Shown here piece by piece: positions 12,386 to 27,818 of a stretch of DNA of 64,000 nucleotides. This stretch comes from Octopus sinensis (lineage: Eukaryota). The stretch spans positions 99,572,001 to 99,636,000 of the forward strand of contig NC_042997.1 of NCBI RefSeq assembly GCF_006345805.1. The letters are read 5' to 3'. Position 1 is the stretch's first letter; every line of letters begins with the position of its first letter. The notes under the pieces were generated by a model that was not told where the DNA came from, did no database searches, and saw only the letters and a list, made by a program, of their open reading frames with translations. The position numbers and the translations under genes are program-made.

Positions 12386-12777
12386 TCTCTAACATTTATA
12401 TAAAGCTGAAGTTGTCTGTGTATGGCAGGTTTGGTAGCCTTCCACTAACACTATCTCCTCCGAGACCCTGCGGCGCAAGTTGACCAAAATTAAGCGTATG
12501 TTAGAAGAAGGCTTGCTCTTCCTTCAGTAGAAGAAAAATTTCAAATCGGACCATGTTAACACCAAAAATTATTTACATCAAAAAGGTGCTTTTTTTTCTA
12601 TGCAAATCCCTATTTTTTACGATTTTTTAACTGCTGTGTCGCCATTTCTCGGTGTATTTCAACCAGAAAAATGTTCACTCAAAGAGAATAACAAGCTACA
12701 TAATGCAAAATACTTTTCAAAAATTCTAATTCTAAAGGGTCGAAACAAACCAAAGCAACGCCGGACGATATTGCTAG
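12386..12777 (+). mobile_element. Non-autonomous Helitron, 392 bp (family H390)
   Basis: A|TC start at 12386, CTAG|T end at 12774-12777, decayed subterminal hairpin; homologous over its length to 14847-15235 and 56739-57129. Confidence 0.85.
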
Positions 12778-12904
12778 TCTTTTTATAAACCTTAAGCGTC
12801 CTTAAAGCTGATATTTAATTCTGTCACTCTGTAAATACTCCCCACACTTGAGTAATGTTCACGTATCTGGAACTGATCAGCTACTACAAATAAACATTCT
12901 AGGT

Positions 12905-13103
12905 CAGCGGTTTTCCACAGCGACTCCCAGGGCCGCATGCAGCCCCCGATGATCTTCCCTCTATAAATATAAGTTCTTCTTTAATTGATTTGTGTTTTAC
13001 TTTCTTTTTGGTGCGGCTCCTTAAAAAAATCCAGGTTTTGGTGCGACTCCCTAAAAGAAATTAGATTTTGGATCTGACCTGGATATTTAAAAGGTTGAGA
13101 GTC
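12905..13103. mobile_element. hAT/Charlie-like MITE, degenerate
   Basis: Left end cagcggtttt..ggccgcatgcagccc, right end aaaaggttgagagtc; flanks ttctaggt / atctagat resemble the NTCTAGAN Charlie target (6/8). Confidence 0.45.
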
Positions 13104-14463
13104 ATCTAGATGTTATTCTTTTAAATGTATAAAATATGTTTCCAAATAATTGAAGGATTCATCGTATCCAAAATAAAAGCCAGGAAACTGATTTCCAAAC
13201 CTTCACGCCTTGATATATATTACAACTATCAAACACACTACCATGTTATATACTTTATTCTGTCTGCAACATTTATACTGCTGCAGCACAGTTGCGAGTG
13301 TATCTCGTAGGGAGAAGGTTAAGGAAAGTAGAGGAACATACCTGGAGGGAAGTTTCAACACTCTTCTAAATACCTCGTGTGTGTTGAGATATAATCCATT
13401 ATTTGCTCTCCTTGAGAGCAAATAATGGATTTTTATGGATTATTCCTCCTCCTCTTATTATTATTATTATTATTATTATATTATTATTATTATTATTATT
13501 ATTATCAGTATTATTATTATTATTATCATTCTTCTCCTCCTCCTTCTGCTTTAGCAGAGATGAATACTGATTAATCAAAATTTTGACCGGAGGCACTCCA
13601 GCTGTGACCATCTTATCTTCTAACTCCATTTAGAACTACTTTTATCGAATATATCTTTTCAATTTTAAGACTGCGGGAAACGATTCGAGAGAGAATCAGC
13701 TGTTATTTCTAGCATGCCGAGCGATTGTGTAGAGGCTCCTTCGTTGGCTCATGATCTAAGGTAAGAAAGAGATAAAATGATATTTGGAGAATCGGTGTGT
13801 CGAACAAATATACAGATAGGTAAGAATAGTAACTGTTGCATTTCAGTTCAGAATGGCAAACGATTCATCTTCTGATTCAGCTGAGTCGATGTCGCGGAGC
13901 GGGGGCAGAGGACAGAGATCAAGAGGAGTTATATGCATTTATTGATTTAATCACTGAATATTCGTTTTCATCAAAGGCTGAAAGAGAAGCAAAAGTATAC
14001 GATTCAAGATGTCAGAAACTGGTTGTTGGCATCACTGATTTTAGAATAAACACCTCTTTCTACATTTCTGTTTGTATTTTTATGTTGTTGCTTTTTTGCT
14101 CGTTTTTTTTTTTAACCGATCAAAGAATTAAGATATTGATCAAGTAAGAAATCGAAATGCTACTTGTGCTTCGTTAGAGATCAAGCAAAAGAATTTGCTC
14201 TAATATAAGGGAAGGATTATTGTTTTTATTACTAATTTTGTCAAAATTTAGTATTGATATTTATATATTATGGGGAGCAATGTCGATCAAGAGGTTGGAT
14301 TTTCGGCAGACTGAAACTATGGAGTGTTTTCAATTCCTTGGCAATGCTACTTCACATCAATTCTAACATAGCACCTTTGACGTTTGATTGACATTTGCAA
14401 GCGTTCGGAACAGGTCTTAAGTCTAAGAATTACTTCGTCTCGCCAGTCATAGGAGACCTTATA

Positions 14464-14779
14464 CAGCAGGAATTCTCAACCCCTTTGATTACTATTTTAT
14501 TCTGATGGACCCCCATAGCTAGTCGATGTTTATTAACTAGTTTGATTGAAACTTCTTTCAAAATTCCTATTTTGTTTTTCAAACACTAACTTGTGTAGGT
14601 TGAACTATGTAAAATGTTAGAGAAAGAAACCTAGTTGTCTCTTGCAATACATACCAATACATACATCTAAAGTAAAAAATTTTCACGGGCCCTTAAAATA
14701 TTATTGTGGATACCCAGTTTACTATTTTGTTATATGGACCCCTAAAAACTCTTATATGGACCCCAGCTGAGAACCACTT
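14464..14779. mobile_element. hAT-like MITE
   Basis: Ends cagcaggaattctcaacc and cccagctgagaaccact resemble the CAGTGGTTCTCAACC hAT TIR; internal ggacccc repeats. Confidence 0.5.
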
Positions 14780-14846
14780 TTGTAAAGGATATGAATGTTA
14801 ACCATCTTCCTCTGATTTCTTTTAACTGGTTTCTTTTTAACTGGTA

Positions 14847-15235
14847 CTAGCAGTATCGCCCGGCATTGCTCGGGTTTGTTTCGACCCTTTAGAATTGGAA
14901 TTTTTGAAAAGTAAAAGTTTTGCATTATGTAGCTTGTTATTCTCTTTAAGCGAACATTTTCTGGTTGAAATACACCGAAAAATGGCGACACAGCAGTCAA
15001 AAGATCGTAAAAAATAGGGATTTCATAGAAAAAAGCACATTTCTTATGTAAATAATTTTTGGTGTTAACATGGTCCGATTTGAATTTTTTATTTTACTGA
15101 AGGAAGAGCAAGCCTTCTTCTATCATACTCTCAATTTTGGTCAACTTGCGCCGCAGGGTCTCGGAGGAGATAGTGTTAGTTGAAGGCTACCAAACCTGCC
15201 ATACACAGACAAATTCAGCTTTATATATAGAGAGA
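14847..15235 (-). mobile_element. Non-autonomous Helitron, 389 bp (family H390)
   Basis: Minus-strand TCTCTCTATATATAAAGCTG start at 15235; hairpin cccgg-cattgc-tcggg; CTAG at 14847-14850 with A/T insertion site. Confidence 0.88.
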
Positions 15236-15792
15236 TTAAGCCGTAATATTTTCAAAAGAGCAGAAAAAGAAAGAACGTTGCAGTGTCCATGTCTTTCACA
15301 ATGCCATTAAATTTAATGGTTACTTCATTCAAAATTTTAATAGTACTGTAAACATTGCAGCATTTTCCCTTTCCCCGCTCACGTGAAAATATTATGGTGT
15401 AAGTCTAGTTTTAAAAAAACAATATTATGTACTCAAGGGTAGTCAGTCGGGTGGTAATTAAAAGGCTACAAAATTATTTAGTTGAAAACCAAATTAGCCC
15501 TAAATTAAATCTAAATCTGTTCTGGCCTGCTGTGGTAGATAAAGGACAACTATATATGCATACACACACAACACAGATGTTCATGTGGGTATATTTGCTT
15601 ATTTAAAATACATAAAGAAAAAGTAATCGATGCATAAAGAAGACTTAAAATAATAACCGTGAAGGAAACACTAGATTTTCAGTTCTTTACGCAGAAGTTC
15701 ACGTTGCAGCTAATTCAAAATTACATTACACTTTTATCAAAAAAGTGTACAGGTTGGTATAGTTTCAAAAATTTGGTGAAAGCAAAGCCTAT

Positions 15793-15877
<85 letters not shown>

Positions 15878-16045
15878 GTGTGTCTGTGTGTGTATAAATT
15901 AGAAAAAAAAGCACCTTTTATCAATTCAATAATTATATGTTTTTATATATATACATATTATATTTGGTGAAATTTGATTTAGTATTTCTAAATTGAATTT
16001 TTCCCTGTAAGTTTGGAATAATATTCCCTCATATTATTATTATTA

Positions 16046-16099
<54 letters not shown>

Positions 16100-17026
16100 C
16101 TAAATATGATGATTGATCAAGACATTATACATAAGCGAATTATAAATCACGAGAAAGAAAGAAAGAAAGAGGGGACATTTACAATGTTTACTGTATCCAA
16201 GCCAATGTATCGTAAATATTTAATTTTTCACGTCAAATAATGCATATTACATGGGAAAGAAAGAATATGTATGACAGAGAGACAGTTGTAAGCAGAAAGA
16301 AAATGTATTAATGATGGATATGCACGACACTGAGCACATACAACACGCTTATAAAGGGGTGATGTTGAACAAAGAGACTAGTCTAATAGGGAATGGCATA
16401 GAGTCTTATGTAAAAAGATATAAAAAGGAAAAGAAAGATTAGAAGATTAAAGTAAAGAGGAATGTTTAAAAAGTACAGGAAGATACGGAAAATTTTTCTT
16501 TAATACGAAATCATTTTGATGAATAAATACATTAGAAAAACAAATTTGAAATATAAATGGGAAAAATAAATTAAAATGAAAATTAACAAAAGAAAAACCA
16601 AATAAATTAAAACTTAATCCATTACAATGAAATTAATATCTTTGATGATATCATTTAGATGGACACGACAGTTCACTAAAACCTTACTGTTCTATCTGCG
16701 AGAGAATCTTTGTCATCAAAACGATGGTTTCCAAAAGAATCGAAAAATTTCAAGAAATTCCAGAAAGATGGAAGAATTTCGAAAGAATTCCACCTTAAAT
16801 TCAGCTTAACTTATTTCGACCTGTAAAGAAATAATAAATTATAAATTTTTCGCCGTATGAACAGCCATCAATCAGTTTTTGAAACAATTATTATAAATAC
16901 ACCCAAAGAATTTGGTTTAATAATTGTAATTACTACCAACATCAATATAGTCAAAATAAAACGTTAAAGCTGAGCACAGAAAAAATATTATCCATATAGG
17001 AAGCCTAATGATTACTTAGTATATTA

Positions 17027-17275
17027 CTCTTTTACTCTTTTACTTGTTTCAGTCATTTGACTGTGGCCATGCTGGAGCACCGCCTTTAGTCGAGCAAATC
17101 AACCCTAGGACTTATTCTTTGTAAGCCTAGTACTTATTCTATCGGTCTCTTTTGCCGAACCGCTAGTTAACGGAGACGTAAACACACCAGCATCGGTTGT
17201 CAAGCGATGTTGGGGGGACAAACACAGACACACAAACATATACACACACACACATATATATATATATATAATATA

Positions 17276-17308
<33 letters not shown>

Positions 17309-17458
17309 CGACGGGCTTCTTTCAGTTTCCGTCTACTAAATCCACTCACAAGGCTTTGGTCGGCCCGAGGCTATAGTAGAAGACACTTGCCCAAGATGCC
17401 GCGCAGTGGGACTGAACTCGGAACCATATGGTTTGTAAGCAAGCCACTTATCACAAAT
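17027..17458 (-). mobile_element. SINE-B copy
   Basis: Both halves in reverse orientation around a (CA)n(TA)n tract at ~17236-17308. Confidence 0.8.
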
Positions 17459-17936
17459 TTTCTAGACATGACTTTATCGAATCTAGTAAATAGCATTAGT
17501 CGGCGTGTATCAAGCAAATCGACTTACAAAAGGCATTTTTGATCTTTCTATACCATATCATGGCAGCACCTTGTTAACGAGAACATTTTCTCTGCTTAAG
17601 AATTAAACTTCTTTCATTAATTAGATGAGAAGGAAAAAAATGTCCGCTATTTTCCAGGTTTTCCCAAGCTGGTAAAAATCAATGACGCTGGCATCCAATT
17701 TGAACTTGAGAATCTGTATATGTAAGAGCAATAGTTGAGAGAGCACTAATCTTGATGCTATCTTTTAATTAATTCTGTCCTTCGTTGTCTTGAGTTCAAC
17801 TTCACACTTTCATCTCTGGTCACTTAAGCGTCAGACCGAATGACTTACTATCGAATTGACTGTATATTAACTTTGTAGCGAAGCAAAGGAAAACTGTGTG
17901 TATGTGTATACATACATACATACACGCATGCATGCA

Positions 17937-17970
<34 letters not shown>

Positions 17971-18169
17971 CATACATACATACATACATACATACATACA
18001 TACATACATACATACATACATACATACATACATACATACATACATACATACATACATACATACGTACGTACGTACGTACGTGCATACATACATACTCACA
18101 CAGGTATATGTAAATTTCTAATACTGATTGACGCTGTTCTTTGCGTTAAGATAGATTACAGACAGAAAT

Positions 18170-18230
<61 letters not shown>

Positions 18231-18560
18231 GAGTATGTGTGTTTTAGAGAGAGAAAGTGGTGTTGAATGGCAGAGGTGTTAGAACGTTGGGTATTATGAC
18301 ATGTGGTATTTGTCCTAGGTTTTTTGCATTCTAAGTATAAATCCCACCTCAATGGTAAAAAGAAATGGCGATAGACATGAAGAGTCCTTAAGTAAGTGCA
18401 CAGGTATTTCAGATGATCTTTGCCATTGCCAGTGCAACAGCTGAAGAGAGAATGCAAAGAAGCATTCAAGTCCTTGCATTCAGTAAAAGATATATACATA
18501 CATATATATGCGTGTATGTATGTGTGTGTATGTATGTATGTATGTATGTATGTATGTATG

Positions 18561-18594
<34 letters not shown>

Positions 18595-18789
18595 TGTATG
18601 TATGTACGTATACGCATATACTGAATTGTAAGAACGGACCATTACTTATCTTCTATTGCATATCCCTCTTATCATGTGCCTGTATATATTATCTGCATGT
18701 CTATATGCCCGTATGCATGTATGTATAATACTTATCTATTTCAATACATAGATATAGATATGTGTGTGTGTAAATTGGTATTATATAAT

Positions 18790-19024
<235 letters not shown>

Positions 19025-21477
19025 TGGTTTCCCGTTACTGATCTATAAATGCCTCTTGTTGCTTTGCGTTACCAGCACCACAATAGATTGGTTCTTTCTT
19101 AAAAATACATTACCATTAAGTCAGAGAGAGTGAAAGATAAAGATTCCTGTTGGGTGATGTAAATCAACAAAGATAAGTAAAATATAAAAATCGAACTAGA
19201 AAACAAATACGTATAATTCTATGATACATACATATGTCTGTGTATACATATATATGCACTATATATATGTGTGTATATACGTATGTATACACGCACACAC
19301 ACACAATATGGTAAATTCTACTTTTCTTGGATTTTGTTTCAAACTAAAGATATTTCTGTTTTATCTTAAAATTACGTTTTCCAGAGTTATCAATAATTCC
19401 CAGCGGCGATAAATCCTTTTCTATTCCTGTCGAAAGTTTCCTGTTTATTCTTAGATTTATCATCGAAATCTTGTGAGTCTTCCTTCCCACAATATTGAAG
19501 CAGAAATTGGTAGAGGGGAGACAGAGTAAAAATGTTGTCGTTATTGTTACTGATGTTATTTATATTTTCATTTTTTTTCTCTCCCGTTATATCAGTCAAA
19601 TCAATCTTTCCTTCTGTTTTTAATTTTCCTTTTTTTTTCTCTCCTTGTCTTTTACTCTTGACATTCAAAGACGGTTATTGGGCATTATAGCTATCGCTGT
19701 TATCAAGAACACTTCTACCAATATCATGGAATAACAATATAACCAACAGTACACCTCTATAAAAGACGGCTTCTTATAGTAACAGGCTCGAGCTAAAGAT
19801 GATATCCACAAGATATATGACTAATGGTGACAAATGTCAATAGAGAAATCACAGCATTGACTGGCTCAATATTCGTTTTCTCTTTGTTGACTCAATAAAT
19901 TAAATTCTGCTTTTAATCCATTTGTAGTAATGCAATTTTTGTTACATTTTGTGAATTTAATCTTGACTTGAGAGATTGTTAAGATCAAAAGAAATTTTAT
20001 TGCCCTCGTTGCTATTTCTTTGAAATGCTGCTACTTCTGAGTCCGGCTTTCAGCTTCTGCTTAATTACCAGATAACTTCGTCTAAAATCATGTATAGTTT
20101 GTACTAGCAAGGCACAAGTTGGATCTTAGCAGAGCTGATCTTTGTTCATGTCATCTCTGCGCATTTTCTTTTTTCACATGGTGGCGAGAGCGGTATAAGC
20201 TTAAATTTTGTACAAACGAATTTATTATAAATTTATTAAAGTGTTATTGCATAACATTAGGGCGTCACAGTGCCAGACAGTGGACAGGCAATCATGAACG
20301 TGCTATTGAAAGGGTGTATTGCGCGCCAGAAACGACAATTCCTCCACTAGTAATACTAATTTTTCCACTGGTAATAACAACTTTATAAAAGCATTCGTAC
20401 ACGTGAACCGAAAACTTTAAAAAATTAAGTCATAAGCATCGATTAAATAATTCCTATTTTAGTGATAAGTAAATATTCAGTTGAGAAAACAAAACGCTGA
20501 AGGGTAGCAACAAATAACTATAACCTTACGTATAGTAACAAGCTAGTTAATTTACTAACACAAGTGACTTACTTGGCAGTCATAAGCACAATACATCACA
20601 AATATAGTTACTTCTCAGAAAGAGGTAACAGTTATATGAAACCTAGCAATACAACAAAAGAGAATTTAGCGAATACGAAATTAAATATAGCTTTAAACTA
20701 ATAAATAACTGTCCACTGGACCACTGACGCTGAAGTAATATCTAGCTCTCATACAGACTGAAACTACATCGGCATAATTGAAAATGCATTTAAAAAACAT
20801 TACACGTATGTATCTAAAAACCCATTATACACATAAACGAGGGAACCTTTACGGTAGTTCAAACTGCTAGAAATAGCAAGCAGATATCTCTCTCAAATTA
20901 ACATACTCCGCCATGAAGACCCAAAATAAGATTTTTTTTTCTTTAACGCTTCTTCTGATATTAACAATCACTTCAGATCAATATTGACGCTCCCGAGAAA
21001 TTTCTATATTGATGACATTTAAAGACATCCGTTACGAGAAACTTAGAATTATGACAATGAAACTTCGCGTTTAAAAATTTCGTGGTAATAGTTCTTAACA
21101 CTAGCCCCCAAATTAGGCAGAAGAGAATGGCAAATTCTAGCGACCTTAGTATTTGATTTTTGCTTTATTTATCAACTCCGAAAGAATAATAAAGTTAGTC
21201 TCGGTGGGATTTGATCACAGAACGTAAAGGATTCGATATATCACCCCGTCCTCAAAGCAGTAGACTGGAAGAATTAGTACAGCGTAGGCCACTTCGTTTA
21301 TTCCCAGTCGGATTTGTGTTCAAGTGTCGCCAGTGTCAATAAAATAAGTACCAAATCAAGTCTAAAAATCTATATAATCGACCATAGCCTCCATGGAAAT
21401 TTGTGGCCTTGTGACAATGCTGTCGTAATTTTGAGTTTTCTAATGTCCTTACTCTTCCAATATTGAATTTACAATTA

Positions 21478-22383
21478 CGAGGAGGTACCCAAAAGTAACC
21501 GGGAACGTTTTATGTGAGACCATCCCATTGTAGTTCAGACTATCGCTGCTAAAGCCACTTGATGTAACCTTCAGGCATCGGTTTGCTAACCGGTATCGTC
21601 CAGTGTAGTCTTACTATCACGTGGTGCGCCTTTGTTTTGCAATGTTTTTCCCCTGTTCGTCGATTTTTGTGATGACTGAAATAAAGAGACTGTGTGCTTC
21701 GTGAAATTCTATTTTCTGCTGGGGAAAACGGCAACCGAAACAGTTGTCATGCTTCAAACAGCTTACAAGGTCGCTGCCATGAGCAAAACACTAGTGGTTT
21801 TCACGGTTTAGGAATGGTCACCTGTCGTATGAAGACCAACTTCGTTCAGGAAGACTGTCAACCTCCCGAACGAATGAAAGCATCGCGAAAATTCATGAAC
21901 TGATCTTGGAGGACCGTTACCAAACAATTGACGGATTTTTGATATGATTGGTATATCCTGGAGCTCCTGCCAACAAATTTTGAGCGAGGAAATGCGAATG
22001 AAAAGAGTTGCAGCAAAATTTGTGCCTCGCTAGTTCAGGAAGATCAAGAGCTGTCATGACTGAATGCTTGACCCCACTTACCCACCCTCCCTACTCACCC
22101 GATCTTGCTCCCTACAAATTTTTTTGTTTCCCCGAATGAAAATGTCCTTAAAGTAAAGCGTATTGCAGATGTAGAAGAGGTGAAAGAAAAAGCGACGGAA
22201 ACGTTAAAAGGCATCAATTCGCAAGAGTTCCAGGACTGCTTTGAATAGTGGAAAATGCGTCTGGGCCGATGCTTTGCTTCAAATGGAGAATACTCTGAAG
22301 GCAATAAAAGTTTAAACATGTAAAGCTAGGTGAATAAAATGATATTGCAAAATTCCGGCTTCTTTTGGGTATCCTCCGCCTCG
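21478..22383 (+). mobile_element. Mariner element with internal deletion
   Basis: Imperfect TIRs cgaggaggtacccaaaagtaaccgg / ccggcttcttttgggtatcctccgcctcg, TA on the left; transposase relic VKFYFLLGKTATET, RVAAKFVPR, HPPYSPDLAP, WKMRLGRCFASNGEYSEG; most of the catalytic domain is missing. Confidence 0.85.
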
Positions 22384-22540
22384 TTTATGGTGACGTAGTG
22401 TATTTGTAAATTGTGCGTCTGTCTTATCCACGAACTGAACATAGTTTTAAATGATAGGATGCAAACTTCTAACCTGTCTACTAGCCATTTATATAATAAC
22501 GTGTGTACGTGTGTGTATGTGTATGTATGTGTGTGTGTGT

Positions 22541-22673
<133 letters not shown>

Positions 22674-23334
22674 GTGAGTGTGAAATTGTCGCTGTGTTTC
22701 AGAATGTTTGCCTAGAGCAAGAGCGTGCAACTTTAAAACTGTACAAATACACGCATCAACACTACAACCTCTTTATTTTTACAGCAATGTTAGAAAGAAA
22801 TAATACGCAAGTGTTTTTGCAGAAGGAAAAATGTGAGACATTAGACATAAAAACAAAAATAGATGTGCAAAGTTTCAGAGATTCATAAAGATAAAGCAAA
22901 GGTAGAAAATAAAACAAAGTTTCTACAACCAACATTTTTCTGGAGGACATTTCAAAATTATTCACTGAAGTAATTTTGTAAAATTAAACAAAAATACTGA
23001 AGAATATATTATAAGAAAAAATAGGAAAAACGTTAACGTAAAAAAGAAATACAGCTACAATTTCTTATCAGCGATATTGAATGGAAAAATGAAATATGGT
23101 TACTTAAGAAAGAGTTAGCTGCCAAGTTTAATCTCGAAATAAATATGAGTTTTATTGTATACGTTTTTCCTTAATATAGAGCCATTGCTTCAGTCCTGAA
23201 GGAATATGTCCAAACTTGACATGAGTTAACTTGATCTTTCAACTTTGAGGTCACTTACTGACCTACCGTAGTTTGGAAAAGATCTGTCAGTCAACATACA
23301 GATATAGTGAAAAGATTGTTAAAACTCGATAAAG

Positions 23335-23424
<90 letters not shown>

Positions 23425-23590
23425 TCTGTCCATTTTTAGCATACAACATGAATCTTCGCTTACAACATAGTAAACAGTCAATGCGCGAAATGATCTCTTT
23501 TTCTAATTCTAAACATCACCATTTTGAGATCAAATCTCTCTTGAATCGGCTTCATCTTTATTCTCTTTAATGCCGATAAAATATAAATAT

Positions 23591-24104
<514 letters not shown>

Positions 24105-24229
24105 GTATAGTGATATATAGACTACGTATATGATTCTAGTACATACCTGGCCAAACCATATCAGTATTTCTTTAAACATAGAGCAGCAGGTGGAGCACTG
24201 GACTGCTTTGCAATATTTAGTTCCGTCTC

Positions 24230-24575
24230 CCTAACATTCTAAGTTCAAATTTTTGTGGGGTTCACATTATGTTTTAACCCCTTTCATCTGTCTTTATGTT
24301 CTAAGTTCAAATTCGGCCGTGGTCGACTTTGCCCTTCATTCTGTCGGTAAAATAAGTACTAGTCGAGCACTGGGGTCGATATAATTGACTTACACTCACC
24401 CCCAAAATTGCTGGCCTTGTGCCAAAACTTGAAATCGATATTTCTTCCGGTACTACGTTCTGAGTTCAAATTCCGCTGAGGTTGAGTTTCTTATTCATTT
24501 TTTCACGCTCTGGAGTTGATGTAATTCACAAGTTTCTCTTGCCGAAAATGTCAGGCTTTGTGTCTATAGTAGAAA
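24230..24575 (+). mobile_element. Tandem degenerate SINE-A' fragments
   Basis: Three successive ttct(a/g)agttcaaatt B-box modules; the middle copy has ataagtactag and the ccttgtgccaaaacttgaaa tail. Confidence 0.6.
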
Positions 24576-25151
24576 GAATAAGTAAATATACATACATATT
24601 TATATGTGTGTGCGCGCGTATTTACTAATTGTTTCGTGTGTGTATGTGTGTGTGTGTGTATAAAGCTGTTATTGCAACCTAATAAAGCTTCACTTACTAA
24701 CGCGGCTCTGAATTTCGCCTTTCGATTCATCAGAATGTAGTAATACAGAACATCTGTGTGTGTGTGTGTGTGTGTGTGTTGTGTGTGTGTGTGTGTTTGT
24801 TTGTGTGTGTGTGTGTGTGCGCGCGCGCGCGTGTGCGTGTGCGTGTGAGAGAGAGAGTGTGTATGTGTGTGTGTGTGTGACCAATTTGTGTGACAAAAAT
24901 GTTGACCCCAACTAATAAATATTTAAGTGAAGATAACAGTTTTTGTATTTTTTGAATGGCTTCGATGCTGTAATTGTTTTAGTTTAAACAAACGGTCTCA
25001 TATCAAAGCACTTGCCAATCATTTCTAAAATAAATAAACTTTAGTTGTTCGCAAAAAAAAGTTCGTATTCCATGTTTTCGCATTTCGCATTTCATGTTGT
25101 TTTCGTATTTCATGTTGTTTACGTTTGTGATATCCTGTACCCATATTGCTC

Positions 25152-25225
<74 letters not shown>

Positions 25226-25794
25226 GGTATGTAAATATAAATAAATGTATATATGCATATATGTATGTATTATTTATATTATTATTATATGATTGAACGC
25301 CACGCATCCATTTTCAAGTAAGTTTATCTTAATAATTCCGATGCGGCTCTATCCCGTATTGTTCCCTCTCTCTCTTTCTCTCTCTCCCCTTTCGTTTTCT
25401 CTCTCTTCCTTCCTCTAATTTTTTATCTCCACTTCTCCTCCTTTTGTTTTTTTTTTCTCTCTCTCATCCTGTCTCTAATTCTTTTTTCTCCCCTTCGCCC
25501 TTTTCTATCTGTCTCTCTATCTTTCTCATTCTTCCTGCTTTACTCTCTCGTTGCTCACACGTGACCATCCGCCATCTTTCTTTTCCTAACTTGAGCTTTT
25601 TCCTTTCCTTCCAGCCTGCCACACAGATCAGATGTATTTTTGTCTGTCTCCTTTCCTATCCTTCCTCTTGTCAAAGCTTGTTCCTCCAGCGTTCTCCACC
25701 TCACCTCGTTATGGCTTAGCAGCCCTCACTGATTTGTTTTTAGTGTCCTGTTTTTGTTACCAACTTTGACCCTCCGCAAATCTTAAATTTTATT

Positions 25795-26000
25795 TTGGTT
25801 TTGCGAGAGCAATTGTTTCATCGATGGCACATCTTTGTCGTAATTGCTCGCAATGTGGAGTAGGTAAACAGTCGACAACTGACGAAGGGTCGTTCTTTAT
25901 GTTACTTGTCCCGTTTTTTCATTTGTTTCTTTCGTTGTTCGCAAAAAAAGTTCGTATTCCATGTTTCCGTATGTCATGTTGTTTACGTTTTATGACGTCC
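25795..26000 (+). mobile_element. Dispersed repeat, possible Penelope pseudo-LTR family
   Basis: gagcaatt..aattgctc stem followed by acaactgacgaaggg and a T-rich tail; related segments at 25035-25140, 38600-38790, 45303-45696 (minus) and 45697-45825. Confidence 0.45.
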
Positions 26001-26282
26001 TGCACACATATATGCATATGTATATACATATATATGTAATTATGTACATATATGTAAGTATGTACATATATGTATGTATATATGCATATATATATATATA
26101 TATATATATATGCATATATACATACATATATACATACATATATGTACATACTTACATATATATATATATATATATATATACATACATACATACATACATA
26201 CATACATACATACATACATGCATACATATATATGTAGGTATGTACATATAATTATGCATATATAATATATATAATATATATA

Positions 26283-26328
<46 letters not shown>

Positions 26329-26518
26329 ATATATATATATATATATAATTATATATACATATATATATAACCCTATGAACTAAAAGTTAATATAAACAGC
26401 TAGGCGCAATATAACATAAAGGAAAATTTTAATCATCCCTAATATGATTGAGAGTACCTAAGTACCTACATTGCTAGAAATAAGAGTTAAAAACTCTTAA
26501 CACTGTAAAAGGAGCACA

Positions 26519-26559
<41 letters not shown>

Positions 26560-27240
26560 GTGTGTGTGTGTACATAGACTGACACTCATGTTTAATGTCG
26601 ACTGTCGAAAATATACAGTACTCAATACCATAATAGAGCTTAATAATATTTTTTATCTTCGTCGAGTCCGTCGCTTGCTACTCTGAGTTTTGCCTTTGGG
26701 TGCTCAGGATCTGTCATAAATTGCCTGAAGACCATGTGCACCCACAGGGGGAACTCAGAGTAGCAACAGATTGATTCGACCAAAGTAATGTGTGAGTGTA
26801 TGTGTGTGTAATAGTATTCTAACAAGTTATTTGATATCGGCTGTTAGAGTCTTTGTATGAGTAGAAACAGCAACGGGAATGAGAGACAGAAATTGTCAGG
26901 AAGAGAAATTGAGGAAACAAGAGGAAAATGCAAAGAAAACGGAATGAAAGAGAGAAAAGCGAAAAGAGGAACATTATAAATACTTCAACAGAGGCTATTT
27001 TTCCTAGTTGAGGTTAAATATATGTTTATTAAACATGTTTATAGGATTTCTGTATACATATTTATTCATAACCACACTGTCAGTAATGTAATTATGAAGT
27101 CTTAACCGTCACATTTGTACAGTTATGTAAATTTTGTTGCTATTCAGAATTTATCTCAAGGCGAAGTAAGCTTTCAGATATAAATCCCCTATATACGTTT
27201 AGTGAAACATATTGCATAAGATTCCCATACAAAAACTGTC

Positions 27241-27384
<144 letters not shown>

Positions 27385-27400
27385 TCCTTATTTTTTATTC

Positions 27401-27626
27401 TTTTACTTGTTTCAGTCATTTGGCAGCGGCCATGCTGGAGCACCGACTTGAAGGGGTTTTTTTAGACGAACAAATCTAACCCAGGACTTATTTTTTAAGC
27501 CTAGTAGTTATTCTATCGGTCCCTTTGACGAACCGCTAAGTTACTTTGACGTGAACACACCAACACCGGTTGTTAAGCGGTTATAGGGGGGGCGAAACAC
27601 ACACACATACACACAAACACACACAC

Positions 27627-27676
<50 letters not shown>

Positions 27677-27730
27677 CGACGAACCTCTTTCAGTTTCCGT
27701 CTAACAAATCTACTCACAAGGCTTTGGCCG
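27401..27730 (-). mobile_element. SINE-B copy, head truncated
   Basis: 3' half (cttgtttcagtcattt..gccatgctggagcacc), (CA)n tract, then ttcagtttccgtct..ctcacaaggctttgg. Confidence 0.75.
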
Positions 27731-27783
27731 GCGGCCGTGTGTGGATGTGTGTTTGTATGTTTGTGTGTGTGTTTGTATGTTTG

Positions 27784-27818
<35 letters not shown>

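Noticed and set aside
13836-13950. Possible small exon tttcag...ATG MANDSSSDSAESMSRSGGRGQRSRG
   Set aside because: No good splice donor, early stop, no recognisable homology; the nearby GTAAGA donors fall in or near repeat fragments.
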